Source: Chloroflexota bacterium
Lineage (GTDB): Bacteria > Chloroflexota > UBA11872
Assembly (NCBI GenBank): GCA_022826485.1
Contig: JAJDUU010000017.1
Location: 1,722-65,721 of the forward strand
DNA: 64,000 bases
Direction: 5' to 3'
Position 1 is the stretch's first letter. Each line of letters opens with the position of its first letter. The position numbers were made by a program, and so were the translations under genes. Below, piece by piece: positions 59,378 through 64,000 of the stretch. Under the pieces are notes generated by a model. It did not search any database and was not told where the DNA came from. It saw nothing but the letters and a program-made list of their open reading frames with translations.

Positions 59378-62300
59378 TTAGTTCTCGCAGTAGGCCAGCC
59401 CGAGCCTCTCGAGCTCATGGATCACCGCGAACCTCAACGCCGACGGAATGCAGCCTGAAAGCTGGTTCCCGGAAAAACTGATTTCCTCGAGCCGGAAGAG
59501 CCCGGCGAATTCCTGGGGAATCTCGCCCGAGAGCTGATTTCCATCAAGGAATAGCAACCGCAGATACGCCACGTTTCCAAGGTCCCCTGGTATGGTACCT
59601 GTCAGTTCATTGCCGGACAGATCGAGCTCCTCGAGGCTGAAGTGCTGACCAATCCCGGCCGGGATCGAGCCAGATAAACGATTATTGGACAAGTCCACGA
59701 CATCCAGCAATGTGCGAAAGAGCTCCGGCGGAATCGTACCGGACAATTGATTGCCCGAAAGGTCCAACCGATTCAATCTTTCTAGCTGGCCTAGGTCGAC
59801 GGGTATAGCCCCGCTCAGTTGGTTTCCGGAGAGATTCAACTCCTCAAGTTCAAAGAGCAAACCGATCTCCGGCGGAATCTCCCCGGTCAGGCCGTTATCT
59901 TGGAGGCTTAGGCGCAAGAGTTGAGAAAGCTGCCCGAGCTCCCGCGGTATTTCTCCGGTGAGTTGATTGCCTCGCAAGTCGATCTCTCGTGCATTCCACA
60001 GATCTCCGAGATCTGCTGGGATAACACCGTTCAATTCATTGTTCGATAGATTCAGGATCCCTAGACGCGGTGATTGACCCAATTCGGCCGGGATGGATCC
60101 GGTCAGTTCATTGTTTTGAAGGTAGAGGGTCGAGAGAGCGGGCATTTGGCCGAGTTCTGGCGGAATAGGACCACTCAATCGGTTGTCATTCAGCGAGACC
60201 AACCAAATCTCCGAGAGCGAACCAAGCTCTGCCGGAATCACACCGGACAATTGGTTTCCCTCAACATAGAGCACCTCAAGACTCGATAGCTGCCCGATCT
60301 CAGGAGGTATGGGACCATCCAATCGGTTGTCGCTGAGATACAGCGCGCGAGCTGAACTCAAGTTGCCAAGCTCTGGTGGAATAGGACCCGTCAATTTGTT
60401 TCCGCTGACACTCAGCGATTCGAGTTGATCCAAATTGCCGAGTTCAGCCGGAATAGGACCCGATAGTAAATTGTCGCCAAGATACAGTTCTTTCATCCGG
60501 ACCAGATTGCCGAGCTCCGGGGGAATCTTGCCGATCAGTTGATTGCCGAAGAGTTGAAGCTTCCACAGGTTTGAAAGCTGCCCGAGCTCCGACGGGATCT
60601 CGCCCGAGAGCTTGTTGCGGCTCAGTATGAGTGCGGCGAGATTTGCAAGGCCTCCAAAGCCCCTCGGAATCTCTCCCGTCAGTCCGGTGTACTCTATTAC
60701 CAGAGTCTGCAAATTGGCGAGTTTGGTCATCGCCTCCGGGATGGGGCCACTCAGCAAGGTGTGCCCAAGCCAGAGAATACGAAGCTGCTGTAGCTGGCCG
60801 ATTTCCTCGGGAATTTGTCCGTGGAGATATGTCCCATTTAGCATGAGCAACGACAGGTTGGTGAGATTGCCAATTTCTTTCGGTATGCTTCCGGTCAAAT
60901 CGTTCCTGGATAGAAGTAGACTTGTAAGGCGCGACAGGTCACCCAGCTGTGGCGGGAGGCCGCCACTCAAGTAGTTCGATCTGAGATTCAACTCCGCAAG
61001 CTCTGTTAGCAGCCTCAAGTCGGTCGGAATCACGCCTGTAAGGCCACGGAATTCCAGATTCAGCCCCCGTACCCGGAGCGGCGTGCCATCAATTGCCACG
61101 CCTTCCCACTCGGAGATTGGTCGGTCTCCGCTCCAGTCCAGCGGCGGGGATGCGGCAAGAATGTCACGGATACTCAACAACGTCTCGCAGTCGCGGACCA
61201 AGCCGGGGTTATCGGCCGGGTTGGCGACGGCAATGCCTGCCGCACAGCCGGCGGTCGACGCGGGATCGGTTGCTGGCCGAACACCCAGCGGGTGGAGATC
61301 ACCCTGTGCGAAGTGGCGCGCAAGGAGGCGCACGTCGGTCCCATCGGCCGCCATGGTGTACAGGGCAAGACCGCCGTCGCCGAACGATTGCTGGAGTTTG
61401 CGCGCCGCAATGGCGATTCGCGATCCGTCAGATGACCACGCGCCAACTAATCCAGACGGGAGATCAACCGGTGACGTGCCCACGTGCGTGCCGTCAGTTT
61501 CCGTAATGCAGATTAGTGCGCCACAGCTGTACATGATCATCGATCCGTCGGGTGACCACGCTACCGTATCGACCCAGGTATCCTTAGGCTTTGGGACCGT
61601 CACACCATAATTGGTTCTTGCGGAGGAATTGCTACTGTTGATGTACGATGCTCGATCGACGGATAAGTCTACGGTCGTAATCCGATTTTCGTCAGTGCCA
61701 TCCGCAGCAATCGTATAGAGCGCCAATTCGTCGCCGTCTGGTTTCGCGAAGGCGATTCGCTGGCCATCCGGCGACCATGCCGGGCGGCTGTTCGTCGCCG
61801 CGACAACCTGAAGATCTGAGCCATCCGCGCCAACGATGTAAATCGCCGGACCACGCAACTCGTTTCGGTCATAGCCCACGAAGGCGATGCGGGTTCCATC
61901 GGGCGACCAGACCGGCGTCTGCCTATTCGTAGCCTCGCGGGGCAGCACATAGCCCGGAACCACCACCGTTTCTTGGGAGCTGTCCGTATCGACCGTTCGA
62001 ATACCGTAGCCAGAGTCGAAGTCCCACTGGATGAACGCCACCTTCGAGGCATCCGGCGACCATGCCGGATAGTCGTCGTAGGCCCTATTGACAGTGAGTG
62101 CCCTGCGGAATCCGCTTTCGATTTCCAAGAGCCCAATCTCGTATTCATAGGCACCGGGTAGGGTGTATTCCACAGGTCGTTCAGGATGCTCGAACGTTGA
62201 ATATGAGATGTACGCACCGTCCTGCGAGACATCGACGGCATGAAACGCCCAGCCCTGATAGTCGGGTCCTGCGGTCCGTCGCATCTCGGCACTGACGTTG

Positions 62301-64000
62301 ACTAGGGACTGCACGTCCGATCCGTCGGCTGCGACTTGATAAACCTCAGGACCCACGAGGAGGATTAACCGGGAGCCATCTTCGCTCCACCGAACGACGT
62401 TATTCGGTCGCCTCCACGTTGCGAGAAGGGTGAGATCTTTCCCGCCCACCGTTGCATCGATTTTTGCACGATCATCGTTTGTCACTGTCGAATACAAGCC
62501 GAAGCCGCGGCCTAATTCAGCCGGAATCTCCCGCTCCGGCGCCGCCTCCTGAGGTTTCGGGGTTTCCTGGGCCACCGGCGTGGCCTCGGGCGCGGGGGGC
62601 ACCTCCGCCAGGTCGGGCATTTCGGTGACGATGGCGTAGACGCTGCCGTCACCAGCCCCTCCGTACACCGTGTCCTCGACGACGGTGAAGGATTTCCGAT
62701 CGGTCAGCTCCCCCAGGTCAAATGTCCAAATCAAGCGTCCCTTGGCTGCGTTGAATGCCTGCAGCTTCCCGTCGCTCGACTGCACATAGAGAACCCCATC
62801 GGACACCGTTGGATGGCGCAGCGTGCGGCCGACCAGGTCGAATCCCCACACGAGCTCTTCAGGCAGGTAGTTGGTCTTCGAAGGGTCTGTAGCGTAGAAC
62901 TGCCCGCCGTCGGAACCGATGTACACAAGTCCGTGAGCGCTTGCCGGAGGCGAATCGATAATCCCGTCCACTTGGAATGACCAAACCGTTTCACCCGTCG
63001 CGGGATCATGGCTATAGATGCTGTCGCCAGGTGAAAAGTAGACAATGCCGTCGACGATGAATGGCGGCACGTCGGCACCGTCGTGGTCAACCGACCAGTA
63101 GTAGTCGCGGCTCCAGAGGATCCGGCCGCTTTCTTCATCGAGCGCGTCGATGTTTCGGCCAGCCGCCACGTAGACCGTGCCGCCGGCCACCAGGGATCGA
63201 GCCGTCAGCGCATCATTCGGGCTGAACGCCCATAGCACGTCGCCGGTCGAAGTGCTGAGCGCCACGAGATCTCCCGCGGCGCTGGTCACGTACACCTGAG
63301 AGCCCACGGCCGCCGGCGCGGTTTCTGGACTGAACGCGATTGAGACTTCGCTCGCCCAGATTCGCTCACCCGACTTCGCGTCAACGGCGTGTAGCTCGTG
63401 AGCATCGGCGTCTTGCACGCTGAGGTAGACGACGCCGTCGCTGACGGTTGGTCGGTATTGCACCCAGTTGCCGGTGTCAATCTTCCACAGCAAGTCGCCG
63501 GAGCCAGCATCCAGCGCGTACAGGTGGTTGTCGTTGGATCCGACGAACACTACGCCCTCGGATACCGTCGGCGAGGATCTGACGGCATCGCCGGTAGCAA
63601 AGCTCCACCGCATTTCCCCGGTGGCGGCGTCGAGGGCGTAGACGTGCATGTCGTCCGAGCCCGCAAAGACGACGCCGTCGCCGACCGCCGGAGCCGCCAC
63701 GACCGGGCCGCCGGTGGAGAACCTCCAGAGCGGTGACGCAGCGAATCTCGCCGACCCAGTGCCGTCGTCGACCGACGCGAGGAGATCGGCGATGCAAGCG
63801 CGGTAGCCTGCGGAAAATGCCTGGAATTCCGGCGTGCCCGATGGTCTCGCGGCCGGCAGTAACACGGCGCTGAATTCTGCATCCGCCAGATGCGACCGCA
63901 CGCAGGCTTCGTGCTCAGCAGTGATGCCGTCGAGCTCCCTTGAGAGGACTGCCAGCGATATTGCCGCGGCAGTCGGTTTGACGAAGCAGCCCTGCATGGT
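59378..64000 (-). CDS. Giant multi-propeller / leucine-rich-repeat protein; the N-terminus may lie beyond the window end
   Basis: N to C: PQQ-like (BamB-type) propeller repeats (GGPVVAAPAVGDGVVFAGSDDMHVYALDAATGEMRW...), a Pro/Glu linker, PD40/TolB-like repeats (WSPDGTRIAF, WSPDGQRIAF, WSPDGSMIMY), an LRR N-cap-like segment (CETLLSIRDILAASPPLDWSGDRPISEWEGVAIDG) and 23 LRRs of 24 aa (LxxLxxLxLxxNxLsGxIPxELGx). Confidence 0.85.
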   Translation of the reverse strand, partial: TMQGCFVKPTAAAISLAVLSRELDGITAEHEACVRSHLADAEFSAVLLPAARPSGTPEFQAFSAGYRACIADLLASVDDGTGSARFAASPLWRFSTGGPVVAAPAVGDGVVFAGSDDMHVYALDAATGEMRWSFATGDAVRSSPTVSEGVVFVGSNDNHLYALDAGSGDLLWKIDTGNWVQYRPTVSDGVVYLSVQDADAHELHAVDAKSGERIWASEVSIAFSPETAPAAVGSQVYVTSAAGDLVALSTSTGDVLWAFSPNDALTARSLVAGGTVYVAAGRNIDALDEESGRILWSRDYYWSVDHDGADVPPFIVDGIVYFSPGDSIYSHDPATGETVWSFQVDGIIDSPPASAHGLVYIGSDGGQFYATDPSKTNYLPEELVWGFDLVGRTLRHPTVSDGVLYVQSSDGKLQAFNAAKGRLIWTFDLGELTDRKSFTVVEDTVYGGAGDGSVYAIVTEMPDLAEVPPAPEATPVAQETPKPQEAAPEREIPAELGRGFGLYSTVTNDDRAKIDATVGGKDLTLLATWRRPNNVVRWSEDGSRLILLVGPEVYQVAADGSDVQSLVNVSAEMRRTAGPDYQGWAFHAVDVSQDGAYISYSTFEHPERPVEYTLPGAYEYEIGLLEIESGFRRALTVNRAYDDYPAWSPDASKVAFIQWDFDSGYGIRTVDTDSSQETVVVPGYVLPREATNRQTPVWSPDGTRIAFVGYDRNELRGPAIYIVGADGSDLQVVAATNSRPAWSPDGQRIAFAKPDGDELALYTIAADGTDENRITTVDLSVDRASYINSSNSSARTNYGVTVPKPKDTWVDTVAWSPDGSMIMYSCGALICITETDGTHVGTSPVDLPSGLVGAWSSDGSRIAIAARKLQQSFGDGGLALYTMAADGTDVRLLARHFAQGDLHPLGVRPATDPASTAGCAAGIAVANPADNPGLVRDCETLLSIRDILAASPPLDWSGDRPISEWEGVAIDGTPLRVRGLNLEFRGLTGVIPTDLRLLTELAELNLRSNYLSGGLPPQLGDLSRLTSLLLSRNDLTGSIPKEIGNLTNLSLLMLNGTYLHGQIPEEIGQLQQLRILWLGHTLLSGPIPEAMTKLANLQTLVIEYTGLTGEIPRGFGGLANLAALILSRNKLSGEIPSELGQLSNLWKLQLFGNQLIGKIPPELGNLVRMKELYLGDNLLSGPIPAELGNLDQLESLSVSGNKLTGPIPPELGNLSSARALYLSDNRLDGPIPPEIGQLSSLEVLYVEGNQLSGVIPAELGSLSEIWLVSLNDNRLSGPIPPELGQMPALSTLYLQNNELTGSIPAELGQSPRLGILNLSNNELNGVIPADLGDLWNAREIDLRGNQLTGEIPRELGQLSQLLRLSLQDNGLTGEIPPEIGLLFELEELNLSGNQLSGAIPVDLGQLERLNRLDLSGNQLSGTIPPELFRTLLDVVDLSNNRLSGSIPAGIGQHFSLEELDLSGNELTGTIPGDLGNVAYLRLLFLDGNQLSGEIPQEFAGLFRLEEISFSGNQLSGCIPSALRFAVIHELERLGLAYCEN
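59430..61085. repeat. About 23 tandem 72-nt coding repeats (the LRR array)
   Basis: The periodicity is visible in the translation. One unit is 23 aa. The repeats are degenerate at the DNA level. Confidence 0.85.

Noticed and set aside
59430-61085. Regular 72-nt periodicity considered as a possible CRISPR or satellite array
   Set aside because: It lies entirely inside one long ORF. The units are degenerate at the DNA level but conserved as 24-aa LRRs, there is no repeat-spacer structure, and no cas genes are present.

Overview
High-GC bacterial chromosome segment. My hand counts on single 60-nt lines give about 77% G+C in the core, about 52% in the LRR gene and about 40% in the imm-like gene. 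ftsA is present and sepF is absent from the ftsZ-ylm region, which argues against Actinomycetota. The intergenic repeat families are of the kind I associate with Chloroflexota-like genomes; this is inference only and no taxon can be proven here.

(1) 1-22 kb is conserved core, almost all on the minus strand. It carries hisA'-hisH-hisS and a compact division/cell-wall cluster: mraZ-rsmH-ftsL-ftsI-ftsW-murG-murC-murB-ftsQ-ftsA-ftsZ-yggS-yggT. This cluster lacks murE, murF, mraY, murD, ddl and sepF. It is followed by rnhA, a DHA2-type MFS exporter and a translationally coupled eno-larB-larC unit.

(2) 22-54 kb is an accessory catabolic mosaic.
- Four paralogous BNR/sialidase-like proteins without signal peptides, a cytoplasmic sulfatase, rhamnose mutarotase, a GH32-like hydrolase and a sugar-phosphate isomerase.
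- Two PhyH-type dioxygenases, DUF72, an Eis-like GNAT, a lipid desaturase and a DUF917 + hydantoinase pair.
- A cobalt-type nitrile hydratase (beta-alpha).
- A HlyD / double-FtsX / two-ATPase ABC exporter. It is followed by a decayed tandem duplication that carries two superinfection-immunity-like (Imm) membrane genes.
- A membrane protein with a His/Asp/Glu-rich 12-aa tandem repeat.
- Spacers in this part are packed with nested and composite REP-like hairpin repeats.

(3) 54-64 kb is a lower-GC region. It carries hicAB, a lipoprotein fusing RCC1 repeats to a PQQ-type sugar dehydrogenase, a decayed secreted-protein gene, and a giant protein of more than 1539 aa that is cut by the window edge. 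The giant protein combines a PQQ-like propeller, a PD40/TolB-like propeller and 23 plant-type 24-residue LRRs.

No rRNA, tRNA, CRISPR array, transposase or integrase was recognised. Many long ORFs in the supplied track are off-frame or antisense artefacts of high GC and were rejected.
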